IMG/VR virus record: IMGVR_UViG_3300032288_005778
Location: 1-64,000 of that record
DNA from: a virus
Reading direction: 5' to 3' (one strand)
DNA: 64,000 nucleotides
This document shows positions 26,541 to 36,295 of the stretch, piece after piece. The stretch's first letter is position 1; every line of letters starts with the position of its first letter. Made by a program: the position numbers and the translations under genes. The notes beneath the pieces were generated by a model, which was not told the DNA's origin, made no database searches, and saw only the letters and a list, made by a program, of their open reading frames with translations.

Positions 26541-28274
26541 TGCCGTATCCCAGATCGTAAGCTGTGTAAAGGTTTCATCCCCCGATCGCGCGGATCTCTT
26601 ATTTTTCTTTGTTCCAGGCTTTTGAGTTTTCGCTGAATTAGCTGAAATGCTTACTGGGTAAGGTGCGCGGGTGCTTGGTAAATTGTCAAGGTTCAGATTG
26701 CTTACGGTGTCTGCTTTTGGGGTTATTTTCACGGCTTTAGAGGTTTTTACATCCCCCCTTCCGCGCTGAGTTCCCCTTTCGGGGTTTAATTGGGAGGAAT
26801 ATCCATCTTCCGGTGGTGCTTGCACACCTTCCTGGTGACATTCTTTCTCAGAATCAGAGCCAGGCTTTCGGGTTTCCCCATGTTCCCACGCCCAAGCGCG
26901 GTACACTGCTGATAATTGTTTTTTGCCTTTGAGTAAGATGTTCTTGGCTGCGTTAGAATCACGTCCTTCAGTGTGACCACATTCTGTACAGCGGTGAGTT
27001 CTTTCGCTCAATGCTTTCTTTATTTTAGCACCACATTTTGAACAGTCAACCGTAGTGAAATGAGCAGCAACTTTTACAAACTCTCTATCAGTATCTTTAC
27101 ACTTTGTTTCAATCTTACTGATTAAATCACCCAGCGCTGAATCAGCAAAACTTTTGTTTAACCCGGCTTTACGTTTTGCACCGTTCTGTTCATAGCCATT
27201 GCCGTCTTCACGCTTTTTGGCTTTGGGTTTACGGTTCAGATTTTGTATCTTTAAGTCTTCCATCACAATCCCAGAATACTCACGCACAACCTTAGTAGAT
27301 AACTTATGGTTAAAAGCGTTGCGGCTGCGGCGGATCTTCTCATGGTGTAGGGCTATTTTTTGATAGGTTTTCTTCTGATTACATCCTCCTTTCTTCTGCC
27401 TAGATGCTTTACGCTGTAACCGTTTTAGCTTGGTTTGTTGTTTCCTAAATAACTTAGGCGGCTCAACTTCTCTACCCTGATCTGTGGTAATAACTGACAG
27501 TAAACCCGGATCAATTCCCACTGATTTATCAGATTTTGGCAATGGGTCATTGGGAATATCAACACATACATGAAGATAATAACCTGATGGTTCTTTAACT
27601 ATTCTAGCTGACCCCCATTCCTGCCAATCATATCTATCAAATAATCCCTTAACTTTAATTTTACCAAGCTTAGGGAACTGGACATAACCATTATTTGAAC
27701 CGGGTATTTTTTCTGGTTTTAGTTCTTTGAGTAAACCCCCGGCATTGAGATTAACAAGTGACTTGATTTTATCATTTCTCCCTTTGAATTTTGGCTTTCT
27801 ACCGGGGTGTTTTGGGGTGACGTAAGCTTTCCATGATTTCTTTAAAGAATCAATCACCCCTGCCTTAAATTTAGTGGGAACATCTGCCATAAAGTCAGGA
27901 ATATTGTCACTCCTATAAAATTCACATTGCCCATATTTATCAGGGTTTTCAATGTGTAAATATTGCCTAATTTCACAATAGGGATGACCGTTCTTAGGTC
28001 TGATGACACCTGTACCAACCAAGCGGACTTTCTCCCATTTCTCAGTAGACTTACCCTTTTTATCTTCAGTAACAACCTTTCGCCATTTCCACTGTAGAAC
28101 CACACCATCGGGAATAACGCGATCGCCTATTTCTTTTTCTCTGTAATATTTCTGTCTTCCTGCTAACTTTAAGGATAGCCCTGTATTCCACACCCATTTA
28201 AGTTTGTTCAGCCATTGCTCAATAGTTTGTGCCTGGGCAATAGTAGGGTACATTTTAAATTCAAGGGTCTTCAT
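26511..28274 (-). CDS. TnpB-like compact type V CRISPR effector (V-U2/C2c8-like Cas12)
   Basis: IS605 OrfB-type HTH N-terminus, RuvC-I SVGIDPG, RuvC-II VMEDL, Zn ribbon CSKC/CTEC, RuvC-III RDSNAAKNI; directly abuts the array. Confidence 0.9.
   Translation of the reverse strand: MKTLEFKMYPTIAQAQTIEQWLNKLKWVWNTGLSLKLAGRQKYYREKEIGDRVIPDGVVLQWKWRKVVTEDKKGKSTEKWEKVRLVGTGVIRPKNGHPYCEIRQYLHIENPDKYGQCEFYRSDNIPDFMADVPTKFKAGVIDSLKKSWKAYVTPKHPGRKPKFKGRNDKIKSLVNLNAGGLLKELKPEKIPGSNNGYVQFPKLGKIKVKGLFDRYDWQEWGSARIVKEPSGYYLHVCVDIPNDPLPKSDKSVGIDPGLLSVITTDQGREVEPPKLFRKQQTKLKRLQRKASRQKKGGCNQKKTYQKIALHHEKIRRSRNAFNHKLSTKVVREYSGIVMEDLKIQNLNRKPKAKKREDGNGYEQNGAKRKAGLNKSFADSALGDLISKIETKCKDTDREFVKVAAHFTTVDCSKCGAKIKKALSERTHRCTECGHTEGRDSNAAKNILLKGKKQLSAVYRAWAWEHGETRKPGSDSEKECHQEGVQAPPEDGYSSQLNPERGTQRGRGDVKTSKAVKITPKADTVSNLNLDNLPSTRAPYPVSISANSAKTQKPGTKKNKRSARSGDETFTQLTIWDTAGETGLGELG
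26541..26905 (-). ncRNA. Candidate omegaRNA/tracrRNA-like scaffold overlapping the effector 3' end
   Basis: TACCGCGCTTGGGCGTGGGAA after RuvC-III, as at tnpB 3' ends; CTTGACAATTTACCAAG (26690-26674) is complementary to the repeat 3' half. Confidence 0.55.
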
Positions 28275-28394
28275 GTCCGTTGTCTTCCTGTTGTTTTTGT
28301 CAATTGGTGTTAATACAAATAGCTACTCAAGTAATCTTGGGGTGTTTCCCTCTGATGCAGATATTAGCAAGTAATATTTGCCAATCATGTTCAT

Positions 28395-29282
28395 TCAGTT
28401 CACCATACTTATCTTTGAATTTTCAAGTAAAACAGCATCAGCATTATGTAGCCCGACAGAGCGAGTCCAGTAACGAAGCTGACAGGGTTTAATAATATAT
28501 ATGTTTTTACCCGCGTAAACCTTTAAATTACGTTGTGTAAAAACGTGATCAGCAAACTTTGATGGTACTTGTTTTGCAATACTTTCAAGCACGGTTATCA
28601 AGTCATCAGCGTGAACAGTTTGTATAATTTGCTCACGACCCGGATATGGTACTATACTAAATTTAACTACTTGCAGTGGTGCATCAGTAATATCAAATAT
28701 GTCCGCAGCTATGCTTTTTTCCTTGAGCGTATCAAAAAGTGGTTGAATCACACCCATAAAGCTCAAGGTGTATGCTTCTAGATCAGTAATTTCAGGTTTA
28801 TTGAATGTTACTGATGTCTTATTTATATACAGATGAGTTGTATCTTCAACTAAGACGCGCTCACCATTACTTAGTCCGTAGAGATCAAATACAGTCTGAT
28901 CCAATTGGTGTTTCAAATCTTCAACAGATTTAGGAAAAGATTCACGTAGCTTACTTTCTGCTTCAACGATTTGATTAATCAATCCTTTATTGTCTTCCGA
29001 GGGCTTAGGCACAGAAAGTCTCACCAAGTCCTGTGTTTTTGTTCCTAAGCACTCACTACTCAAGGTGGCAAAGATGAAGTAACTGGCAATTGACGAATTA
29101 ATTACCCCATTCAAGTAAGAGTAATTTTCTATTTCCTCAATTTTGGAGAATGAGTTTAATTTTTGGATTAAGTGCATATCCCTGGTTGTCACTACTACCT
29201 TGTCTTCTTGGATCTGCTTAACATATTCCTGAATCACATTAAATAATTGATAATAGGAATTTTCAATTTTGTTGATGCTCAT
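28395..29282 (-). CDS. Protein resembling the C-terminal part of a type IIG restriction-modification enzyme
   Basis: INSSIASYF, LDQTVFDLYGLS..ER.LVED, RYWTRS..ADAVL; no FGG or NPPY motif. Confidence 0.55.
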   Translation of the reverse strand: MSINKIENSYYQLFNVIQEYVKQIQEDKVVVTTRDMHLIQKLNSFSKIEEIENYSYLNGVINSSIASYFIFATLSSECLGTKTQDLVRLSVPKPSEDNKGLINQIVEAESKLRESFPKSVEDLKHQLDQTVFDLYGLSNGERVLVEDTTHLYINKTSVTFNKPEITDLEAYTLSFMGVIQPLFDTLKEKSIAADIFDITDAPLQVVKFSIVPYPGREQIIQTVHADDLITVLESIAKQVPSKFADHVFTQRNLKVYAGKNIYIIKPCQLRYWTRSVGLHNADAVLLENSKISMVN

Positions 29283-29813
29283 GGTGTTTTGTGTTATATT
29301 ATCAGTTGCCGCTCCCCCAAACTAGCGGCTAAGTACCTGGTAATAGAAACGTGGTTATTGGTACTAACCGCGTTTTTGGGTATTTATTTAGAATAGCACA
29401 AATCTGGTAATTTAAAAATATTTTTTATATTAAAAATTAGACATTAACTGATAGTTGCATACACCTTAAATTTTTACCCCAGTCATGTTTCAACTGATCC
29501 CTGCTTTCTTTTGTAAGACAATAATGTCAGACAATGTAAACAATGTAGACAAATAAAAACAACCACAAAACCCGTCAATTTAACCACTGGGTTCTTATTA
29601 CTTATTGAGAATTGGTAGATTAATAAATGTCTGCTTAATCAGCAGACAGTATTGCACAGGTGACAACCAAGTTATTAGTATAGCATTTATAGCAAGTTAT
29701 TTATACAACAATTAAGCAGTTACAAAATTCCGTATACTTTAGGGTTGGCACTGGAAAACTATAAGGATATTATAGGGATATAGAGACAAGAGAGGCTAGG
29801 CTAAAATAACATT

Positions 29814-30068
29814 ATGACTAGAAAACAAGAGAGTATCACGCTCTCCATATCTGAAGAAGAAAAATCAAAACTGGAGAAGCACTGCTTGGAGTTCGATTGC
29901 TATTGGGGGAAAGATAAGCCCAACATATCTAAACTGTTTAAGCAAGTAGCAAATGGAGACATAATTTTATCCCGTCCTGATGTCCCCAAGGACAAGCAAG
30001 CTTCTTTGATCAAGCAAGCGATCGCACTTATTCAAAAAGGATTGTCAATTTTAATAGAATTAATTTAG
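29814..30068 (+). CDS. RHH regulator resembling the N-terminal domain of cyanobacterial WYL regulators
   Basis: MTRKQESITLSISEEEK..LE..WG..PNISKL. Confidence 0.7.
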   Translation: MTRKQESITLSISEEEKSKLEKHCLEFDCYWGKDKPNISKLFKQVANGDIILSRPDVPKDKQASLIKQAIALIQKGLSILIELI

Positions 30069-30330
30069 TTTTTAAAGCGCTCTTGACAGGGCGTTTTTTG
30101 TTGTTTAATGAAAGTGTTTGATAAATTTTGGGAACTTGAGGAATCCATAAAAGCCATTAGAGGGACTAGATTAATGGAGTTAATAATTACGTCGCTCAAC
30201 TACAATCAAGTGCCGTCGTGGCGGAAATAAAGCCAATTCCTGTAATTCCTGTTTCTCCCACGAGTCCAGACAAATCAAATCCAGTTCACTTACCGTCTGT
30301 TTTAGCAAAAACCCTTATAATTCCGATCCG

Positions 30331-30428
30331 TTAAAATCAACGCTGGAGTCCTTAAAATCAACATTGGAGTCGTTAATTTTAAGGTTTCATCTATACTATT
30401 AAACAATCTTAATTAACAATCTTAATTA
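30331..30428. repeat. Short tandem duplications in an intergenic region
   Basis: TTAAAATCAACRYTGGAGTC twice with a 21-bp period; AACAATCTTAATT twice. Confidence 0.7.
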
Positions 30429-30579
30429 AGGGTCTCTAGTTTAAGTACAAGTTAATAAAATGCTCACCAAGGTGCATGGTGAGCATAATATGTTGAAACC
30501 TACTCAATGCAAGTATAGCAAATTTAACCATAAAAATAAAAAACTATTATAATAAGAATAAATTTATCGTTTTTATTTT

Positions 30580-31041
30580 ATGTACTTTTTAACATTCTTC
30601 ATGGGATTTGATCGAGACAAGGGACTTGATAATGGCCGCTTAAACTTGCGACATCTTGAGTTGGGAACAATAAATACATGGGTTGCCACTAGCTCTGTAG
30701 AAAGTAAACAGGGTGCTGAGGATTTTCACGAAAGAGGTGGCTTAATTCCCCCTGAATATCGCGTCCCTGGTTTAAAGAACTGGACTGTAGCAACCAAGCC
30801 AATTCCCATGCCACAAACCAAGGGAGTAGAGGGCAATTTCTACAAAATTGATCCGCACAATGTAACGACTGACAAAGGTGGTACTAGAGGCGATTTTGGC
30901 ATACATTTAGATGCAAATGTACCTGGCAGTATGGGTTGTATTGTCATGACAAAAGAGCGATTTAACGATTTTGAAAAGCAGATGGATTTATTCGCTGACC
31001 AAGGCGTTAAGTCCATCCCTTTATTCGTAACCTACAGTTAA
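30580..31041 (+). CDS. L,D-transpeptidase-fold (YkuD/Tlde1-like) protein
   Basis: IPP..Y, RGDFGIH..PGSMGCI catalytic His/Cys motif. Confidence 0.75.
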   Translation: MYFLTFFMGFDRDKGLDNGRLNLRHLELGTINTWVATSSVESKQGAEDFHERGGLIPPEYRVPGLKNWTVATKPIPMPQTKGVEGNFYKIDPHNVTTDKGGTRGDFGIHLDANVPGSMGCIVMTKERFNDFEKQMDLFADQGVKSIPLFVTYS

Positions 31042-32027
31042 ATTACATTTTTAATAGCTTCACAAATTCGTTGCATAAGCAATGGGGGAATGGAATTTCC
31101 AATTCCCCTAACATCAACCGCAGATTTACCCGACCATTTATAAGAATCAGGAAAAGATTGTATCCGTGCTAGTGCATGGGTACTTAAACTCTTGCAGGTA
31201 TCACCACAGACAATATCAATTATTTTAGAGCGGTTGCCATTGTGTCCATCGTCACCTAACACTGCACGAATAGTCCAACATGGTTCTACTGGTGTTTTTA
31301 CCTTGGGTTTATCACGATATCCAATTCGTTCTACTAATACCATTGAGTCGCCATAGAGTGCTACAGCGTCCTTCTGTCGGGGTGTTATCTGTGATTCGGT
31401 GAAGTGGGGAATCAGATCACAGATTACTTCATACCACCCAATCCAGTTTTTCTTAAATAGATTAATTTGCCCACTAATTGCTTTTCCGTACTCAGGAATG
31501 ATAGCAGGAAAGTCAAGTCCATCAGATACGGCAATACTTAAAAACCGCTTTCGGGATTGAGGTACGCCATAATCAGCAGCATTGTAAATACCTTTGCCAA
31601 TCCGATATCCTCTGTCTATTAAAAATGCTTCAAAGTCCAGATAAACCCTTGATTTAGAATAACTGGGGACGTTTTCTAAAACTATAAATTCAGGTTCATA
31701 TAAACTGTAAAATTCATGGGTTGCACTCAATATATTAGCGCGAACGCTGTCTTTATTGGTAGCTCCGTTAACCACTGAAAAATCTTGACAAGGTGGTGAA
31801 GTTTGGTGAACTAAAATATCGCCATTCCGGTCTTTTTTAGCGGGGATATCTAGATTCCTAAAGTTAACTTTGGCAATATCTTCTATTAATACATCCCCGC
31901 AATTAGTTTGATAAAGTTCTGCTATTTTAGGATCAAATTCAATAGCAGATATTGGTTTTAATGCAGTGGACATTGCACCTATAGTTGAGCCACCGCACCC
32001 TGAAAAATGAGTAGAGTAATAAATCAT
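31038..32027 (-). CDS. C5-cytosine DNA methyltransferase
   Basis: FSGCGG, SPPCQDFS, ENV, PQSRKR, RIQSFPD..IGNSIPP. Confidence 0.93.
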   Translation of the reverse strand: MIYYSTHFSGCGGSTIGAMSTALKPISAIEFDPKIAELYQTNCGDVLIEDIAKVNFRNLDIPAKKDRNGDILVHQTSPPCQDFSVVNGATNKDSVRANILSATHEFYSLYEPEFIVLENVPSYSKSRVYLDFEAFLIDRGYRIGKGIYNAADYGVPQSRKRFLSIAVSDGLDFPAIIPEYGKAISGQINLFKKNWIGWYEVICDLIPHFTESQITPRQKDAVALYGDSMVLVERIGYRDKPKVKTPVEPCWTIRAVLGDDGHNGNRSKIIDIVCGDTCKSLSTHALARIQSFPDSYKWSGKSAVDVRGIGNSIPPLLMQRICEAIKNVI

Positions 32028-32287
32028 CTATGTTTCACCTGTATTGCACCTTGAATTATCAAAAATCTCCAATCAATATTATCTCTGATTTTGTTAGAAT
32101 CACGCTTAAACATGAACCAACTTTGAAGTAATGTTCCACGCCAAAATATTGTATCTAAAATCATAACAAAATGCTCTATGTTTAGGAGTTTTAAATAAAG
32201 CCCATCGGGCTTTAAGTTAAGAACAAAGATGGTTTGTCCATCTTTTTCTATTGCAAAACCTATGTCTTTAGTTCTTTGAATTTTCAT
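32024..32287 (-). CDS. Hypothetical protein
   Basis: Stop overlaps the MTase start. Confidence 0.55.
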   Translation of the reverse strand: MKIQRTKDIGFAIEKDGQTIFVLNLKPDGLYLKLLNIEHFVMILDTIFWRGTLLQSWFMFKRDSNKIRDNIDWRFLIIQGAIQVKHR

Positions 32288-32461
32288 GTTTTTTAAGTTA
32301 ATTTACTATTGTTAAAAACAACATTACCGCTTACGTAGCGGTTTTGTTGCGGCAGTCTTACGACGACCCCTAGGCTGTGCCTATTTGAATTTTAGCACAT
32401 ACTTAGTTGGGTTTCATTGTTTTAAAAGTACCCACTAATGCGTATTAGTGAGTAGCCTTAA

Positions 32462-33211
32462 TTAAATCACGTCAACCACAGATGGATACCACTGTAGGGA
32501 CTGGACGGTTTTATTATGTCCTTTGGCAGTATCTAGAACTATTTGAGAATATTCCTTACCCTCTTCCGTTGGCAACCACAACGGGCTAGAACTGCTGGTA
32601 TTTTTAGTTTGCATCCCTTTTTCCATCAAGAGTAAATTCATCCTTCTAGCGGAAATTTCTAGCCCTGTTTTTTGAGCATAAAGTTCTGCCAATTTACCGG
32701 GACGCACCAGTTCCTTTTCCACAGGAATGCCTAAGAGGGTTTTTGATTCTTCCATGGCAGATGCTAACGCAGGATAGTTTTTGGCAATCTGATTAGCTTT
32801 GACCCCTGCTATTAAACGTAAGTCTATGACTGTACAAGCAAATACCAAGTCTATTGCTGTAGCTATTTGTTGCATTTCCGGTTGCATGGGAGTCACGCCC
32901 GGATAACTACCCGACTTCCTGATCGCTGGTAATACTTCCTCAAATACCCAATCTTGGAACTTTTCAGCACTTGGTAATTTAGAACTAAAGATGAGTTGGT
33001 AAATACCAGCTTCCTCAAGTACAGTCACAGACTGCATTCCGCCAGGGGTCTGGGTTTTACAGACCCCTTTATTTTTATCCTTCACTAGTCTAAAAACAGC
33101 ATCAGCGGGGTTTTTAAATCCCAATACTGTAGCTACATCATTAGCGACGGGTTTGCCGTCCACAAATCTAATTTCTTGACTGTCAAATTGAAAAACTGCT
33201 AAACTATCCAT
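32462..33211 (-). CDS. BRO-N domain antirepressor
   Basis: FQFDSQEIRFV, EAGIYQLIFSSKLPSAEKFQDWVFEEVLPAIRKSGSY. Confidence 0.92.
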   Translation of the reverse strand: MDSLAVFQFDSQEIRFVDGKPVANDVATVLGFKNPADAVFRLVKDKNKGVCKTQTPGGMQSVTVLEEAGIYQLIFSSKLPSAEKFQDWVFEEVLPAIRKSGSYPGVTPMQPEMQQIATAIDLVFACTVIDLRLIAGVKANQIAKNYPALASAMEESKTLLGIPVEKELVRPGKLAELYAQKTGLEISARRMNLLLMEKGMQTKNTSSSSPLWLPTEEGKEYSQIVLDTAKGHNKTVQSLQWYPSVVDVI

Positions 33212-33237
33212 ATTGGCCTACTTTACTTAGGTTGATT

Positions 33238-33289
33238 ACCAGTGATATCGCCGTTGGGAATGTTGATACCATTCTTAACGGTGCTGGTA
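33238..33289. ncRNA. Structured leader/antisense motif (copy B)
   Basis: ACCAG..CCGTTGGGAATG-loop-CATTCTTAACGG..CTGGT. Confidence 0.5.
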
Positions 33290-33496
33290 TTTTAATTATA
33301 ACACTTAATCGCAAATATAACTACACTTATTGATATAATAATCATGTACTTTTATTGATAGCCATGGGTAATCAAAGGACTACAATCCAAGCTGATTAAT
33401 AACTGAAGATTTAGGTGGTTTTATTCTTCAGCAGATGCTTTTAAATAATTGACAAAAAAATTCTTCTGCATATTATTAAGTGATTTTTGTGGCTAG

Positions 33497-33886
33497 TCAA
33501 TCTTCAACAAATGATAGATAAAACTCGCCCGAGAACTTCCATCCATCAATCCTGGAATAGGCATTGCCATAGGAAAAGATATCTTTTTTGAATATTTTAA
33601 TAAAGCATTTACCATGTTTTTCCTCTTGGTAATCTTCAATAAAAACACCATTTAAACCAGTAATTGAAGGGCAAAATCTGACATAAGGAGGAGATATAAC
33701 AACTGCTAGTTTGGGAGTAGTCAGGGGAGGGCTAGAGCATTTGTAAGTTATTACTCCATACTCAGCTAATATATTAATAGCCGTCTCACCCCCAATCAGT
33801 CCTACGTCTTTTGCCTTTTGCAATGCGTAGTCCCAGTCAATTAAAACAGCTACATTGGTGTTTTTGAATGGATTTAAAGTTTTCAT
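33497..33886 (-). CDS. Hypothetical protein
   Basis: ORF downstream of a copy of the BRO-type promoter (34010-34056). Confidence 0.6.
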   Translation of the reverse strand: MKTLNPFKNTNVAVLIDWDYALQKAKDVGLIGGETAINILAEYGVITYKCSSPPLTTPKLAVVISPPYVRFCPSITGLNGVFIEDYQEEKHGKCFIKIFKKDIFSYGNAYSRIDGWKFSGEFYLSFVED

Positions 33887-34143
33887 AGTTTTAGTTTGTT
33901 TGCTATTTAAATAGTGAAGCCGATTAATGAATAATGGATTTTATGTTAAAACTCTGTTGTAAATATTATAATATATTTAGATACTGGAACAAATACCATA
34001 AACAAAGTTTTAATATAACACTTAATTGCAAATATGACTACAGTTATTGATATAATAAATACCCACTAAAGCGTATTAGTGGGTACAAAAGATTCAAGTT
34101 AAATCGTTAATCGAGTTTTGCGACGCTTAAATCTGTATTCGAT

Positions 34144-34500
34144 TCAAGGCATCAAGATATGCTTTCTTTGGGCATCCTGCTGCGGTATCTGCTCAAAGAT
34201 TTTATTAAGAACATCATAATCCAAGAACTGAAGATGTCCTTTGATTTCATCAATAAGGTGTTCCCTTGCTTGAAGACCCTCAATATTATCTAACTCATCT
34301 GATGTCAGAGTCCTTAGTATATACGGGTGTCTTGGATTGCCAACCATCCGTCCTGTTTTAATGTTGAACCTTCTTTCGTTTTGAACGATTATTTGAGCAG
34401 GCGTTTTACCTTGCACCTTGACAAGTTCTTTATAGCCTGAGAGGTTGCAGATAATAATGGCGTGATCGCCGGGGTAAAGTTCTTTCAATGTATACATCAT
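34144..34500 (-). CDS. Hypothetical protein
   Basis: AGGA RBS; coupled to the upstream ORF. Confidence 0.65.
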   Translation of the reverse strand: MMYTLKELYPGDHAIIICNLSGYKELVKVQGKTPAQIIVQNERRFNIKTGRMVGNPRHPYILRTLTSDELDNIEGLQAREHLIDEIKGHLQFLDYDVLNKIFEQIPQQDAQRKHILMP

Positions 34501-34691
34501 TTTACTTCCTTGACTGTGATATTTTGTTCATTGTGCCGACCAGCAGACATTATCCTTTTTGCAGCATTAGCAGCGATCGCCTCTGACTTATATTCTTTCG
34601 CCTTTGATTGCGAGTCATCCCAAGTTTTCCCAGTCCAATAATCACTAAAATTAAGATTTAGTGATTTATACTTTCTCATCAAAATGTACAT
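34497..34691 (-). CDS. Hypothetical protein
   Basis: GAGG RBS before MYILMRK..YWTGKTW. Confidence 0.55.
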   Translation of the reverse strand: MYILMRKYKSLNLNFSDYWTGKTWDDSQSKAKEYKSEAIAANAAKRIMSAGRHNEQNITVKEVK

Positions 34692-34899
34692 AGCTTTCCT
34701 CAATATTTGAAACCTTGAAAGTATTGCTGCTAAAGGATTCCGCCAAAATGGCGGAATCCAAATCAATCATCAAAACACGGACTTGATTGCTATTGAAACT
34801 AAAAACTGCTAAACTATCCATATTGGCCTACTTTACTTAGGTTGATTACCAGTGATATCGCCGTTGGGAATGCTGACTACATTCCTGATGTGCGCTGGT
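34666..34899 (-). pseudogene. Truncated BRO gene remnant with leader motif copy C
   Basis: 34801-34872 is identical to 33191-33262; ORF MDSLAVFSFNSNQVRVLMID diverges at a perfect hairpin (34736-34760). Confidence 0.7.
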
Positions 34900-35047
34900 A
34901 TTTTGTTATTATAGCACACAGATAGAAAATATGACTAGATTTTGTTACAATAGATTTGGATGACTTGATTTAGTAGTTAGCGGTCAGGGTCGTTGGGAAC
35001 AACTGGGATATTCTTGACGACACTGATTTTATTAAGCAGGTTTTTTT

Positions 35048-35728
35048 ATGACAAAAGCCACTCAAGGTCAAGCACAAAGCATTTTTTATCCTACCAACAC
35101 TCATATATTTGTTGGTAATTCACTGATGGTTGCATTGACAGTTTTGTTGGTATACCTAATATATTTATGCCATAGTAAAATCATTCCATCGTTGCAATTA
35201 TTGAATAATAAAGCTTTTAGAAAAAATAATAACAGGCCACAATTATCCCCAGATCAGGAATCAAAGATCAAAGGATACATGAGAGAGATGTTAGCAATCA
35301 CAAGCTTCAATCGTGTGTCACTTTATTTTTTAGATTCACCCTATTTGTGCAATGGTTCTGTACAAGCGGAATCTTACACTTTGTGGATAGAAGCATCTCA
35401 AACTATTCCCATGCGAAAAGATACTAAATTATCTTTTGCTTATATCAGTGAAGAACTTAACCGTGCAATAGAAGCAAGAGCCAAGTACAAATACTACCAA
35501 TACGCTAAGGACGGATTGGTATGCCAGGTATGGTTGCGCGATCGCAAAACAGCAAGTTATACATTCTATATAATTCATAAGTTTTCATTTTTACTATTAG
35601 AAAGAACCTCTGTAAGCAACATTTTAACTAATCTTTTAAGACACAAAGAAAAAGATGATTATCTTAATCTTTGTGAATCTATTGAGTCTATTATTATCCC
35701 CAAACTTAATCCTATTGGTAGGCTGTAG
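35048..35728 (+). CDS. Membrane protein with a GAF-like domain (distant paralog of 21545-22351)
   Basis: TM helix; RVSLYFL, CQVWLRDRKT versus RISLFKF, CSTWLSSRDT. Confidence 0.55.
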   Translation: MTKATQGQAQSIFYPTNTHIFVGNSLMVALTVLLVYLIYLCHSKIIPSLQLLNNKAFRKNNNRPQLSPDQESKIKGYMREMLAITSFNRVSLYFLDSPYLCNGSVQAESYTLWIEASQTIPMRKDTKLSFAYISEELNRAIEARAKYKYYQYAKDGLVCQVWLRDRKTASYTFYIIHKFSFLLLERTSVSNILTNLLRHKEKDDYLNLCESIESIIIPKLNPIGRL

Positions 35729-35780
35729 TTATTGTGAATTTATTTTTTAGCAATGTCTGCGGGCTTGTCTTTTGCTTTCA

Positions 35781-36092
35781 TTACACATTGCGATCCAAAG
35801 ACATTACAGAATTAAGGCTAGTAGTCAATGTTGCCTTGATGGATCTATCCAAAGATTTGAGATAAGCATATACCAAAAAGCACGCAGTGTTAAAGCTTGC
35901 TCTTGACTCAATGGAGACTGAATAAACAATTTGTTTATTGATTGTAACCAAGCCACGGTAAACGCCATTTGAACCGCAAACGAGAATACAATAGCGTACT
36001 GTTTGCAGCATAAAATTAATCTGATTACCCTCAACCTTAAAATTGTCCTGGGTGCAGACAAAGTACCTAGATGCTGTTTCCAACAAGTCCAT
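35781..36092 (-). CDS. Hypothetical protein
   Basis: GAGG RBS; directly after nblA. Confidence 0.6.
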   Translation of the reverse strand: MDLLETASRYFVCTQDNFKVEGNQINFMLQTVRYCILVCGSNGVYRGLVTINKQIVYSVSIESRASFNTACFLVYAYLKSLDRSIKATLTTSLNSVMSLDRNV

Positions 36093-36094
36093 AC

Positions 36095-36295
36095 TTATTC
36101 CTCTTGCTGAAGTGGCTCATCAAGTCCCCACTGATGGGCTAAAAGTTTTTCGTAGCTTAATCTTTGGATCTCGTGATGCTTAAACAAATTAATCAAAACC
36201 TGTTGAGTTTGTTCGTGGGACATCTGCTTAACCTGTTGCTCAAATGCAACTATCTTAAATTGTGAAGCAAGTGGTAATTCTTCAAATTGGCTCAT
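36095..36295 (-). CDS. nblA: Phycobilisome degradation protein NblA
   Basis: ELPLASQFKIVAFEQQVKQMSHEQ..L..L......Y..LL.HQWGL matches the NblA pattern. Confidence 0.9.
   Translation of the reverse strand: MSQFEELPLASQFKIVAFEQQVKQMSHEQTQQVLINLFKHHEIQRLSYEKLLAHQWGLDEPLQQEE

Noticed and set aside
26511-28274. IS200/IS605 or IS607 transposon
   Set aside because: No tnpA and no recognisable left end; the gene is fused to a repeat-spacer array
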